NCBI GenBank assembly: GCA_038204565.1
Contig: JBBRCU010000013.1
Location: 1,014-65,013, forward strand
DNA: 64,000 bases
Reading direction: 5' to 3'
Source of the DNA: Candidatus Limnocylindrales bacterium
GTDB lineage: Bacteria; Chloroflexota; Limnocylindria; Limnocylindrales; CSP1-4
Shown here: one piece after another, positions 31,698 to 40,454 of the stretch
Layout: every line of letters starts with the position of its first letter
Position numbering within the stretch: the stretch's first letter is position 1
The notes under the pieces: generated by a model
Seen by the model: only the letters and a program-made list of their open reading frames with translations
Databases searched by the model: none
What the model was told of the DNA's origin: nothing
Made by a program: the position numbers and the translations under genes

Positions 31698-31914
31698 GAG
31701 TCGGGCCGAGCGCTCGAGTACGGAGGCGGTCCGATGGTTCAGTCGCGGCAGGCCGCGCGGAGCATTTGATCGTGCCCCGGATCATTTCCGCATGAACGAG
31801 CACGCGCGCGCCCCGAATTCCACCGGAACCGGGCGCAAGTCGAGGGTGGCGCGCGCTCGTTCGTCGTGATTTGATCGTGGCGGAGATCACGGCGCCGGGT
31901 GGCTCGGGGAATCG

Positions 31915-31944
31915 CGAACGGCGGATCCGAAGACCCGCCGTTCG
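31915..31944 (-). terminator. Candidate intrinsic terminator downstream of the aldehyde dehydrogenase gene
   Basis: 10-bp stem CGAACGGCGG/CCGCCGTTCG with a 10-nt loop, about 18 nt after the stop at 31962. Confidence 0.45.
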
Positions 31945-31961
31945 GAACGTCGAGGCGAAGC

Positions 31962-33503
31962 CTAGAAGAGGCCGAGCGCCTTGTCGCTGTAGCTGACCAG
32001 GAGGCACTTCGTCTGGGTGTAGTGGTCGAGCATCATCTTGTGATTCTCGCGCCCGACCCCGGAGGCCTTGTAGCCGCCGAACGCCGCGCCCGCGGGATAC
32101 AGGTGATAGCAGTTCGTCCAGACGCGTCCGGCCTTGATCGCCCGGCCCATCCGGAACGCGCGAGTCGAGTCGCGAGTCCAGAGCCCGGCTCCCAGTCCGT
32201 ACATCGTGTCGTTGGCGATCGACAGCGCCTCGGCCTCGTCCTTGAACGTCGTCACGGCGAGGACCGGTCCAAAGATCTCCTCCTGGAAGATCCGCATCTT
32301 GTTGTTGCCCTTGAAGACCGTCGGCTCGAAGTAGTACCCGTCGGCCAGGTCGCCCGGAAGGACGTTCCGCTTGCCGCCGATGAGAAGCTCGGCGCCCTCG
32401 TCAAGGCCGATCTTGACGTAGCCGGTGATCTTCTCGAGCTGGGCCGCCGACACCTGGGGTCCGATCTGGGTGTGGAGGTTCAGCGGATGACCCTGCTTGA
32501 TCTGGGCGATCCGCTCGAGCGCACGCTCCATGAACCGGTCGTAGATCGACTCCTGAATCAGCGCCCGCGACGGGCAGGTGCAGACCTCGCCCTTGTTGAA
32601 GGCGTACAGGACGAGCCCTTCGATCGCCTTGTCGAGGAAGTCGTCTTCACTGGCCATGACATCGTCGAAGAAGATGTTCGGCGACTTGCCGCCCAGCTCC
32701 ACGGTCGATGGAATCAGGTTCTCGGCCGCGTCCTGCATGATCCGGCGGCCGGTCGTCGTCTCGCCGGTGAAGGCGATCTTGGCGATCCGCTTGCTCGTGG
32801 CGAGCGCCTCGCCGACCTCCGCGCCGGGGCCGGTCACGACGTTGACGACGCCGGCGGGGACGATGTCCTCGATGAGCTCCATGAGCTTGAGGATCGACCA
32901 CGGCGTCGGGCTGGCGGGTTTGACGATCGTGGCATTGCCGGCGGCGATGGCCGGGGCGATCTTCCACGACGCCATCAGGAGCGGGAAGTTGAACGGCACG
33001 ATCTGGCCGACGACGCCGAGCGGCTCCTTGAAGTGGTAAGCGACGGTGTCCTTGTCGATCTCGGAGATCGACCCCTCCTCGCCACGGATCACGCCGGCGA
33101 AGTAGCGGAAGTGGTCGGCCGCCAGCGGAATATCCGCCGCCAGCGTCTCGCGCACGGGCTTGCCGTTCTCCCAGCTCTCGGCGACCGCGAGCATCTCCTT
33201 GTTCGCATCGATGACATCGGCGATCGCGTTGAGGACGCGCGACCGCTCGGTGACCGACGTCTCGCCCCAGGCCGGCGCGGCGGCATGGGCCGCGTCAAGG
33301 GCGAGCTCGATGTCGGCGCCCGTGGAACGCGGGACCTCGGTGATCGCGCGACCGGTCGCCGGGCTCAGGTCGACGTCGTACTTGCCCTTCGTCGGCGCCA
33401 CCCAGCGGCCGCCGATGAAGTTGTCGTAGCGCTCCTTGAGCGGGACGGGGCTGCCAGAGCTGCCCGGTGCTGCGTAGGTGAACTCCTTGTCCGCAATGAC
33501 CAT
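31962..33503 (-). CDS. NAD(P)+-dependent aldehyde dehydrogenase
   Basis: 513 aa from ATG 33503. ALDH motifs [19 protein letters not shown], catalytic-Cys region [18 protein letters not shown]. Confidence 0.9.
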   Translation of the reverse strand: MVIADKEFTYAAPGSSGSPVPLKERYDNFIGGRWVAPTKGKYDVDLSPATGRAITEVPRSTGADIELALDAAHAAAPAWGETSVTERSRVLNAIADVIDANKEMLAVAESWENGKPVRETLAADIPLAADHFRYFAGVIRGEEGSISEIDKDTVAYHFKEPLGVVGQIVPFNFPLLMASWKIAPAIAAGNATIVKPASPTPWSILKLMELIEDIVPAGVVNVVTGPGAEVGEALATSKRIAKIAFTGETTTGRRIMQDAAENLIPSTVELGGKSPNIFFDDVMASEDDFLDKAIEGLVLYAFNKGEVCTCPSRALIQESIYDRFMERALERIAQIKQGHPLNLHTQIGPQVSAAQLEKITGYVKIGLDEGAELLIGGKRNVLPGDLADGYYFEPTVFKGNNKMRIFQEEIFGPVLAVTTFKDEAEALSIANDTMYGLGAGLWTRDSTRAFRMGRAIKAGRVWTNCYHLYPAGAAFGGYKASGVGRENHKMMLDHYTQTKCLLVSYSDKALGLF

Positions 33504-33687
33504 GGGGTCGGCCTCCTTGGGGTCGGCTGACTCGGGGGCGCGGATCCTGGTCCATCCAGCAGCCTCGCAGGCGAGCGATTTCGACACCGTAGGCCAAATC
33601 CCGCGGCGAGGGCAGGGCCGTCAGACCCACGATCCGAGGCAGATGGCCCCCGTTCAGGGCTGGGGACGCCCACCGCCGAATCGAAAG

Positions 33688-33709
33688 CGGCGGGTCCGGG
33701 GACCCGCCG
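33688..33709 (-). terminator. Candidate intrinsic terminator downstream of rpmE
   Basis: GC stem CGGCGGGT/ACCCGCCG followed on the minus strand by CTTTCGATTC, about 30 nt after the rpmE stop. Confidence 0.5.
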
Positions 33710-33737
33710 TTCGGTGATGCGATGGAAGAACGAGCGT

Positions 33738-33950
33738 CTACGCTCGGGCGGAGCGCTCCAGGCGCTTCTGGAACCGCTCGACCTGGCCGGCCGTGTCGAT
33801 GATCGTCTGCTTGCCCGTGAAGAACGGGTGGCAGTTCGCGCATACGTCGACACGAAGCTCGGGGCTGGTCGAGCCAACGGTCCACTCGGTACCGCAGGAT
33901 CCGCAGTGGATCTTGGCCTGAAAATACTTGGGATGGATGTCGGGCTTCAC
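33738..33950 (-). CDS. rpmE: 50S ribosomal protein L31 (Zn-binding type A)
   Basis: MKPDIHPKY...CGSCG...CANCHPFFTGKQ. Confidence 0.96.
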   Translation of the reverse strand: MKPDIHPKYFQAKIHCGSCGTEWTVGSTSPELRVDVCANCHPFFTGKQTIIDTAGQVERFQKRLERSARA

Positions 33951-34027
33951 GGTTCTGGCTCTCCTCCGACGTCGTCCGTGCCGGGCGGTGGCCCGGCCGG
34001 TGATCGCCGGCTACTGACTGCGGCCGG

Positions 34028-34318
34028 TCAGGCCTTGGCAGCCGCGGTCGCGGTGCTCGGGGCCTCGACGGCCACGACCCGGATCCGCTTCTTGGTCTTG
34101 GTGGCGTGCTCGAACCTGACCTTGCCGGTCAGGGTCGCGAAGACGGTGTAGTCCCTGCCGAGCCCGGTGCCCGCGCCGGCAAGGAACGTCATGCCGCGCT
34201 GGCGGACGATGATCGACCCGGCCGGGACGAGCTGGCCGTCGCCGGCCTTCACGCCGAGGCGCTGGCCGACCGAGTCGCGCCCGTTCTTGACGCTGCCGCC
34301 TGCTTTCTTGTGAGCCAT
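34028..34318 (-). CDS. rpmA: 50S ribosomal protein L27
   Basis: [24 protein letters not shown]... with no N-terminal propeptide. Confidence 0.96.
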   Translation of the reverse strand: MAHKKAGGSVKNGRDSVGQRLGVKAGDGQLVPAGSIIVRQRGMTFLAGAGTGLGRDYTVFATLTGKVRFEHATKTKKRIRVVAVEAPSTATAAAKA

Positions 34319-34323
34319 GGGAT

Positions 34324-35013
34324 CTACTCGTCCTTCTTCGTCGGCGCGGGCTTCGCCTTCGGCTTGGCGGCCGCCTTCGGCTTGGTGTCGGCGGCGCCGC
34401 TCTGGGTCTTGGCCTTCGGCTTCGCATCGGCCTTGGTCGGGGCGGCCTTGGCGGCCGACGCCTTCGCGGCGGGCGCCTTGGTGGTCTTCGCGGCCGGCTT
34501 CGCGCCTGACTTCGGGGCAGGCTTCGCTTCGGCCTTGGCCGTCGAGGCCTTGGCCGGAGCCTTGTCAGCCGTGCTCCTGGCAAGCTTGGCCGCCAGCGCG
34601 GCGTCCTCGGCGGCCTGCTTGGCGGCGGCTTCCTCGAGACGCTGGCGCTCGGTCTTCGCCGCGGCGTCGGCCTTCTTCTTGTCGTCGGCGGCGCTCCGGC
34701 TGCCGAGCTTGACGTCGGTGATCCGCAGGATCATCACCTCCTGGCGATGACCTTTCTTGACGCGGCTGCGGGCCTTCGGGCGGTACTTGAACGAGATGGT
34801 CTTGACGCCGCGATCGCGCCGGACCACTTCCGCGAGGACGGCGGCGTTCTCGACGATCGGAGTGCCGATCGCCGCCTCGTCGCCGTCGCCGACGAGCAGG
34901 ACGCGTTCCAGCGTGATGTTGTCGCCGGGCTCCGCCTGGAGCAGCTCGACTTCGAGCTCGGTGCCGACCTCGACGCGGTACTGCTTCCCGCCGGTCTCGA
35001 TGACTGCGTACAT
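34324..35013 (-). CDS. rplU: 50S ribosomal protein L21 with a roughly 125-aa Ala/Lys/Pro-rich C-terminal extension
   Basis: Core [25 protein letters not shown]...[27 protein letters not shown], then [11 protein letters not shown]...[42 protein letters not shown]...[14 protein letters not shown] chose ATG 35013; the ORF-track start at 35133 is spurious. Confidence 0.9.
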   Translation of the reverse strand: MYAVIETGGKQYRVEVGTELEVELLQAEPGDNITLERVLLVGDGDEAAIGTPIVENAAVLAEVVRRDRGVKTISFKYRPKARSRVKKGHRQEVMILRITDVKLGSRSAADDKKKADAAAKTERQRLEEAAAKQAAEDAALAAKLARSTADKAPAKASTAKAEAKPAPKSGAKPAAKTTKAPAAKASAAKAAPTKADAKPKAKTQSGAADTKPKAAAKPKAKPAPTKKDE

Positions 35014-35166
35014 GGAACCCTTCGAACAGTGGCGTGGCGGTCGTGGTCGACCGCGACAACGGACATGGAGAGGCGCAGGCCGTGGCCAGAGCGCGGACGA
35101 CGGAGTGTATGGCGAGAGGCGGCCGAGCGTCAATCGAGCGCGGCCGGCAGTGTCGAAGGACAGCGA

Positions 35167-35997
35167 TCAGCGCTGTTTCGGGGTCTTGACGTCGGCGGCG
35201 AGGATGAGCCGCTCGCGGATGATCGCGATGGCCGCGAGGGGCAGTCCAGCGGCCTCGCCCAGGGCCGCGACGACCTCCTCGGGCCGGCCAGTGCCGGCTT
35301 CGGGGTCGAACCGGGTTCGGATCCGGAGGGTCAAGCCCCGATCAGGGACGGCCGCCCGGACGTCGGGGTCGGCCTCGTTCTCGAGCACCGCGGCGGCGGC
35401 GAGGAGCGGTCGCAGGTCGTAGCTCCGCTCCGAACCGCCCTTGAGCCGAACGCGCGGCAGGGATCGAGCAGCCAGGATCGCCCGGACGGCGTCTCCGAGG
35501 CGGCCCCGATCGCCGGCCTCGGCGCCCGTGATCGCGACTCGCCAATCCGCGGCGACGATCCGCCCGGCCAGCGCCGGCGCGCCGAGCCAGACGTTTTCGG
35601 CCCCGACCCAGCGGTGGGCCTCGGGCAGGCGATCGGCAAGTGCCTCGCGGAGTTCCCAGGCCGTCCGCCGCTCGAGCAGCCACAGATCCGTGAGTTCGCC
35701 CTCGCCGGATGCCGCCGCAGGCAGCGGCGCGCCGAAGGACATCCGGGCGCGACCAATGCCTCCGACCTCGAGGCCGGCCACTGGCAGGCCCGACCCCGCC
35801 AGCGCCTTCTGCCAGGCGTCAAGGGCGGCCCGGCCGGCCGCCTCCACGGGGACCGCCTCCCGCGAGAACGTCAGCCGCCAGCGCTGGCGCGGCTCGGCCG
35901 GAGGAGGCGGGGAGGCAGGCGGCACCGCTTGCGCAGCCGCGGAGGGCGATGCCGAAGCAGGTGCGCCACGGCGCGGAGGGTCAGGCTGGCGGGTCAC
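35167..35997 (-). CDS. TIGR03936 / DUF2344 family protein (radical-SAM-associated)
   Basis: QRWRLTFSRE...LDAWQKALAGSGLPVA...MSFGAPLP...GEGELTDLWL fits DUF2344. Only the 3' part of ORF 35167..37185 is real. The GTG start at 35997 is tentative (GTG at 35925 is also possible). Confidence 0.7.
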   Translation of the reverse strand: MTRQPDPPRRGAPASASPSAAAQAVPPASPPPPAEPRQRWRLTFSREAVPVEAAGRAALDAWQKALAGSGLPVAGLEVGGIGRARMSFGAPLPAAASGEGELTDLWLLERRTAWELREALADRLPEAHRWVGAENVWLGAPALAGRIVAADWRVAITGAEAGDRGRLGDAVRAILAARSLPRVRLKGGSERSYDLRPLLAAAAVLENEADPDVRAAVPDRGLTLRIRTRFDPEAGTGRPEEVVAALGEAAGLPLAAIAIIRERLILAADVKTPKQR

Positions 35998-36033
35998 GTC
36001 TGCTAGTCTGCCCGAGCGATGGAGGAGCGGGTG

Positions 36034-37209
36034 ATGGCGCCGACGGATCGGCCGCGAGCCGGCTTCGGCCCGATCAGCGGGCGAATGGTCCTGGTGCTCG
36101 TCGCGGCAGCCGTGGCCGCGGTCGTCTTGTACGAGGGGCGCTCGGCGCTCGGGCCGTTCGTCGTCGGGCTCGTCCTGGCCTACCTCCTCGACATGCCCGT
36201 CGAGCGGATGGCCCGGATTGGGATTCCACGCTGGGTGTCCCTCCTGATCGTCTACGCGATCGTGATCACGATCGTCGTCGAGGCCCTGATCCTGACGGTC
36301 CGTCCGCTTGCCGATCAGCTTTCGGCGTTCATCCGGGAGTTCCCGTCGTTCACGGCCCAGGTGAGCGACAGGTATGCCCACCTCGACCTGCCGGGGCCGG
36401 TCCGCCAGGCCATCGACGCGTGGCTCGCGGAGCTTGGCTCGGGGGTCGGCGGCCTCGACCCTGGCGCCCTCCTGCCGGTGTTCAGCGGGATCGCCGGGAT
36501 CGTCGGCTCCGTTGTCGGCTACGTCCTGATCCCGGTCTGGATCTTCTACTTGATCAAGGATCGGCCGGCCCTGCAGGCGGCTGCCCAGCGCTCGCTGCCG
36601 GCGACGTGGCAGCCCGACGTGTCGGCGGTCAGCGGCCTGATCTCGCGGGTCTTCGGTCAGTGGCTGCGCGGCCAGCTCGTGCTCGGGGTCACCGTCGGCG
36701 TCGCGACCTTCGCGGGTCTGCTGTTCCTGAGCGCGACCGTGGATCCGATCTTCGGCCGCTTCGCGATCCTCCTGTCGGTCATCGCCGGCGTCCTCGAGCT
36801 GCTCCCGATCATCGGCCCGATCCTGGCCGCGATCCCGGCCGTCCTGATCGCGCTGACCGCCGGCATCGACGTCGCGATCGCCGCGGTCATCCTGTACACG
36901 GCCATCCAGCAACTCGAGAACTACTTCCTGGTCCCGAAGATTCAGGGCGATGCCGTCGAGCTCCATCCGAGCGCCGTGATGTTCGCTCTGATCGTCGGCG
37001 GCGCGATCGCCGGGCTGCTCGGCGCGATCCTCGCCCTGCCGATCAGCGCCGCCGCCCGGGACGTCTTCCGCTACTGCTTCCATCGCCTCGACGACCCGCC
37101 GGCGGCGCCGGCGGAGGCCATCGCCCGGATCCTGTCCGATCCACTCGTCCGGACCGAGGCAGACGTCGCCCCCGCCGCCCGCCAACCCGGACCGACGGCC
37201 CCGACATGA
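36034..37209 (+). CDS. AI-2E family transporter (PerM/UPF0118)
   Basis: 8-TM protein with conserved QQLENYFLVPKIQGDAVELHP. The ATG at 36034 is preceded by GGAGGAG at 6-nt spacing (ATG 36019 is an alternative). Confidence 0.85.
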   Translation: MAPTDRPRAGFGPISGRMVLVLVAAAVAAVVLYEGRSALGPFVVGLVLAYLLDMPVERMARIGIPRWVSLLIVYAIVITIVVEALILTVRPLADQLSAFIREFPSFTAQVSDRYAHLDLPGPVRQAIDAWLAELGSGVGGLDPGALLPVFSGIAGIVGSVVGYVLIPVWIFYLIKDRPALQAAAQRSLPATWQPDVSAVSGLISRVFGQWLRGQLVLGVTVGVATFAGLLFLSATVDPIFGRFAILLSVIAGVLELLPIIGPILAAIPAVLIALTAGIDVAIAAVILYTAIQQLENYFLVPKIQGDAVELHPSAVMFALIVGGAIAGLLGAILALPISAAARDVFRYCFHRLDDPPAAPAEAIARILSDPLVRTEADVAPAARQPGPTAPT

Positions 37210-37892
37210 CCGACACGCCCGATCCGTACAAGGTCCTCCAGGTCGATTCGGAGGCCGAGGACGAGGTGATCCAGGCCGCGTATCGCCGGCTTGCCCAGAA
37301 ATATCACCCCGACGTCGCGACCGGGCCGGACCCGGCCGTCCGGATGGCCGCGATCAACGCCGCGTGGGAGGTCCTCCGCGATCCGTCGCGGCGGGCGGCC
37401 CACGACCTCGCCCGGCGGGTCGCCGCCCGGGCCTCCGAGCGCCAGCCGTCGGCCGGCCACGAGACCGGGACGGCGGCTGGCCCGACCCGACCGTCGGCCC
37501 CGCGGCCGAGCAGCCCGCCGCGCGCCACCGGCAAACCGGCGGGCGATGTGCCGCCGCGCCGCCCGGACACCGTGTCGAGCGACTGGACCAGCGGACGGTC
37601 GAGCCAGGGTCACGGCTACGACCCGGAGCTGATGGGCAGCCCGGACGGCCTCGGGGCCGCCGGACCCGCACCGGGGGAACCATCCGGGAGCGTCCTCAAC
37701 TTCGGGCGTTTCGCCGGGTGGTCAATCGGCGAGATTGCCCGACGCGACCTCGATTACCTGGAATGGCTGGATCGGATGCCGATCGGGCGGCCCTACCGCG
37801 ACGAGCTCGATGTCATCCTCCGCCGGACCGGCCGGCGGCGGAGTGCGTCCGCGGAGGGCCAGGAGCGGCGCGGCCTGTTCCGGCGACGCTGA
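37206..37892 (+). CDS. J-domain (DnaJ-like) protein with a distinct C-terminal domain
   Basis: DPYKVLQVDSEAEDEVIQAAYRRLAQKYHPDV contains the HPD motif. The C-terminus is FGRFAGWSIGEIARRDLDYLEWLDRM. ATGA overlap with the AI-2E gene. Only the last 228 codons of ORF 35709..37892 are real. Confidence 0.8.
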   Translation: MTDTPDPYKVLQVDSEAEDEVIQAAYRRLAQKYHPDVATGPDPAVRMAAINAAWEVLRDPSRRAAHDLARRVAARASERQPSAGHETGTAAGPTRPSAPRPSSPPRATGKPAGDVPPRRPDTVSSDWTSGRSSQGHGYDPELMGSPDGLGAAGPAPGEPSGSVLNFGRFAGWSIGEIARRDLDYLEWLDRMPIGRPYRDELDVILRRTGRRRSASAEGQERRGLFRRR

Positions 37893-37962
37893 GAACGGAG
37901 TCTGACGGGCGCGCCGGCCCGGGCCTCGGCCGCTGCGCCGCCGCGGCGGGCTCGCTGCAGCC

Positions 37963-39309
37963 TCAGGATCGGATGTCGACGGGCGCAGGCGTCTCCCGGC
38001 GCGTCGCCCCGGTGCGGCGCACGACCAGCCCGGCCGTCGAGCCCTGGACGATCAGGGTGAACAGCACGATCCCGAACGTGACGCCCTGGATCAGGTCGCG
38101 GTTCGGCAGGTCGGCCGGGATCGACAGGGCCAGGGCGACCGAAACTGCGCCGCGCAGCCCCGCCCAGACCAGGACATTGAGCCACGGGGTCGGAATCGCC
38201 CAGGCGCTCCGGCCGCCGCGTCCGAGCACCATCGACGGGATCCCGAGCAGCCCGTAGACGACGATCGCCCGGGCGACGAGGATCGCGAGCACGCCAAAGA
38301 CGATCGGCTCGGCCGCCAGGCGAAGCGTGGACGGAGTGATCGCCAGCCCGACGAGGAGGAACACGCCAGCCGTCAGCAGAAACGCCGCGAACTCCCAGAC
38401 GACGTCGATCATCTCGCGGGTTCGCTCGGTGAGGGCCTTGCCCGCGATGGTCCCGAAGGAGCCCGCCGCGACGAGAGTCGTGATCACCCCAGACAGTCCG
38501 AGGGCGTCCGCCGTCAGGTAACTGCCATAAGCGAGCACGACCGTGATCGTGAGCTTCGTCAGGTGCTCGTCCGTGCCGCGGACGACGCGGGCCGCGACCG
38601 CGCCGAGGACGACGCCGACGATCGCACTGCCAATGATCGCGACGACGAAGGAGACCGCCGATCCGGCGAGGGATCCGCCGCCGACGAGGAGGGCGAGGGC
38701 AACGCTGAACAGGGCGATGCCGGTTCCGTCGTTGACGAGGCTCTCCATCTCGACGATCGTCTCGAGCCGCGGCTCGACCCGGACATGACGGAACGTCGAG
38801 AGGATCGCGGCCGGATCCGTCGCAGCGACCATCGCCCCAACGAGGAAGGCCTCGGTGAAGGTCAGGCTCGTCGCTGTCGACAGGACGGCGGCGACGATCG
38901 CGGCGACGATCACCACGCCCGGGATCGCGAGCAGGAGGATCCAGCCGGCGGAGCGCCGGAGGATCGCGAGATCGGTCCGGAACGCCGCTTCGAACACGAG
39001 GCCGGGGAGGACGATCGCCAGGAGCAGATGGGGGCTGATCGGAAACGCCACCGTTGGCCCGACGAATGACAGGACGAGGCCGAACAGGACAAGGCCGACG
39101 GTGTAGGGCAGCGCCGATCGACGCGCCACGAGGGCGACAGCCACCGCGGCCGCGAGGAGCGCGACCAGCAGCCAGAGCGGCCCGAGCTCGCCGCCGTTGA
39201 TCAGCGAACGGTCCCCGGAGTAGCGCCGGGCATGGTCCCGCCTTGGCTCACCATTCGGCGCGCGTCTGCCGAACGTTGATGCTCTGGACGATCCCGAGCC
39301 CGATCGCAA
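37963..39309 (-). CDS. Cation:proton antiporter (CPA1/NhaP-like)
   Basis: 12-13 TM helices; ATDPAA and ESLVNDG motifs typical of the Na+/H+ exchanger family. Using ATG 39309 gives a 62-nt overlap with the rodA 3' end. There is no ATG/GTG/TTG between that codon and the first TM helix, so the start is uncertain. Confidence 0.8.
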   Translation of the reverse strand: MRSGSGSSRASTFGRRAPNGEPRRDHARRYSGDRSLINGGELGPLWLLVALLAAAVAVALVARRSALPYTVGLVLFGLVLSFVGPTVAFPISPHLLLAIVLPGLVFEAAFRTDLAILRRSAGWILLLAIPGVVIVAAIVAAVLSTATSLTFTEAFLVGAMVAATDPAAILSTFRHVRVEPRLETIVEMESLVNDGTGIALFSVALALLVGGGSLAGSAVSFVVAIIGSAIVGVVLGAVAARVVRGTDEHLTKLTITVVLAYGSYLTADALGLSGVITTLVAAGSFGTIAGKALTERTREMIDVVWEFAAFLLTAGVFLLVGLAITPSTLRLAAEPIVFGVLAILVARAIVVYGLLGIPSMVLGRGGRSAWAIPTPWLNVLVWAGLRGAVSVALALSIPADLPNRDLIQGVTFGIVLFTLIVQGSTAGLVVRRTGATRRETPAPVDIRS

Positions 39310-40408
39310 GACTGATCAGCGAGGCGCCGCCGTGGGAGATGAACGGGAGCGGGATGCCGGTGATCGGCATGATCCCGATGACCATCCCGAGGTTGACGAC
39401 CAGCTGGAAGAGGATCATCGACGCCAGACCGCTCGCGAACATCATCCCGAAGGGGTCCTTCGACCGCCAGCCCGACGCGAGCAGCCGCCAGAGCAGAGCG
39501 CCGAACAGGATCAGGAGGATCATCGCTCCGATGAACCCGAGCTCCTCGAGGTAGATGGCGGCCACGAAGTCGCTCTCCTGGACCGGCAGCAGACTCGCCT
39601 GGTTCTGGGATCCGTTCGTGAGGCCCTTGCCGAGGAGACCGCCCGACCCGACGGCGATCTGCGACTGGAACAGCTGGAAACCCGCGCCCTGCGTGTCCGA
39701 TGCGGGGTTGAAGAACGCGGTCAGCCGCTGCTTCTGGTAGTCGTGGAGGACGTATTCCCAGATGAACGGCAGGGGCAGGCTGGCTGCGATCGAGAGGACG
39801 GTCAACCAGAGAATCCGGGCGCCGGACATGAACAGCATCCCGGCCAGGATCGCCAGCAGCACGAGCGCGCTGCCGAGGTCTGGCTGGAGCATGACCAGGA
39901 CGAACGGCGGCCCGACGAGGATCCCGGCGCCGAGGATCGCGCTCAGCGACCGAAGCCGACCCTGCCGAGTGCCGAGATAGTTGGCGAGGACGACGATCAT
40001 CAGGATCTTGGCGAGCTCGCTGAACTGGAAGTCGAACGGCCCGAAGGAGATCCAGCGCGACGATCCTCCGACTCCGTGGCCGATCCCCAGCGTCGCGATC
40101 AGGAGCGCGATCTGGAGGAGGTAGAGCGGCCACGCGAAGGTCTTCAGCCACTTGTAGTCGAACGCCGTCGCCACGACGAAGGCGATCAGGGCGAGCCCCG
40201 TCCACATCAAGCCGCGGACGAAGGTCGTTCCAGAGCTGAGGGCCGCCTGGCCTTGCTCGACGCTGTTGGTGTAGGCCATGACGAGCCCGAGGATGGCGAG
40301 GAGGGCGGCGTAGGCGGCGAGCTGCAGGTCGAACGCGCGCCACGCCGCCCCGATCGAGCGTGATGCCCAATCGGTCATCCGGGCGGGTTCGGCGCGGATC
40401 ACGCCCAC
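39248..40408 (-). CDS. rodA: Rod shape-determining protein RodA (SEDS family)
   Basis: FtsW/RodA/SpoVE polytopic protein (QFSELAKI, LQPDLGSALV, ESDFVAAIYLEELGFIG, GMVIGIMPITGIPLPFISHGGAS) immediately downstream of PBP2. Confidence 0.9.
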   Translation of the reverse strand: MGVIRAEPARMTDWASRSIGAAWRAFDLQLAAYAALLAILGLVMAYTNSVEQGQAALSSGTTFVRGLMWTGLALIAFVVATAFDYKWLKTFAWPLYLLQIALLIATLGIGHGVGGSSRWISFGPFDFQFSELAKILMIVVLANYLGTRQGRLRSLSAILGAGILVGPPFVLVMLQPDLGSALVLLAILAGMLFMSGARILWLTVLSIAASLPLPFIWEYVLHDYQKQRLTAFFNPASDTQGAGFQLFQSQIAVGSGGLLGKGLTNGSQNQASLLPVQESDFVAAIYLEELGFIGAMILLILFGALLWRLLASGWRSKDPFGMMFASGLASMILFQLVVNLGMVIGIMPITGIPLPFISHGGASLISLAIGLGIVQSINVRQTRAEW

Positions 40409-40454
40409 GTCATCGCCCTGCCGGATTGCCTGCCCTGACTCGTCGAATTCGTCA

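Noticed and set aside
31932-33714. Identical 14-mer GACCCGCCGTTCGG in the hairpins on both sides of the aldehyde dehydrogenase gene (31932-31945 and 33701-33714), as possible direct repeats flanking an inserted cassette.
   Set aside because: By rough calculation, several 14-bp identities are expected by chance among about 2x10^9 position pairs in a 64-kb GC-biased sequence. Both copies are parts of GC-rich terminator stems, where convergence is plausible. No mobility genes are present.
35709-37892. 727-aa plus-strand ORF spanning the DUF2344, AI-2E and J-domain region, and the 672-aa minus ORF 35167..37185.
   Set aside because: Only the last 228 codons of the plus ORF (J-domain protein from ATG 37206) and the last roughly 276 codons of the minus ORF (DUF2344) have protein-like sequence. 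The rest is junk overlapping the clearly real AI-2E transporter gene.
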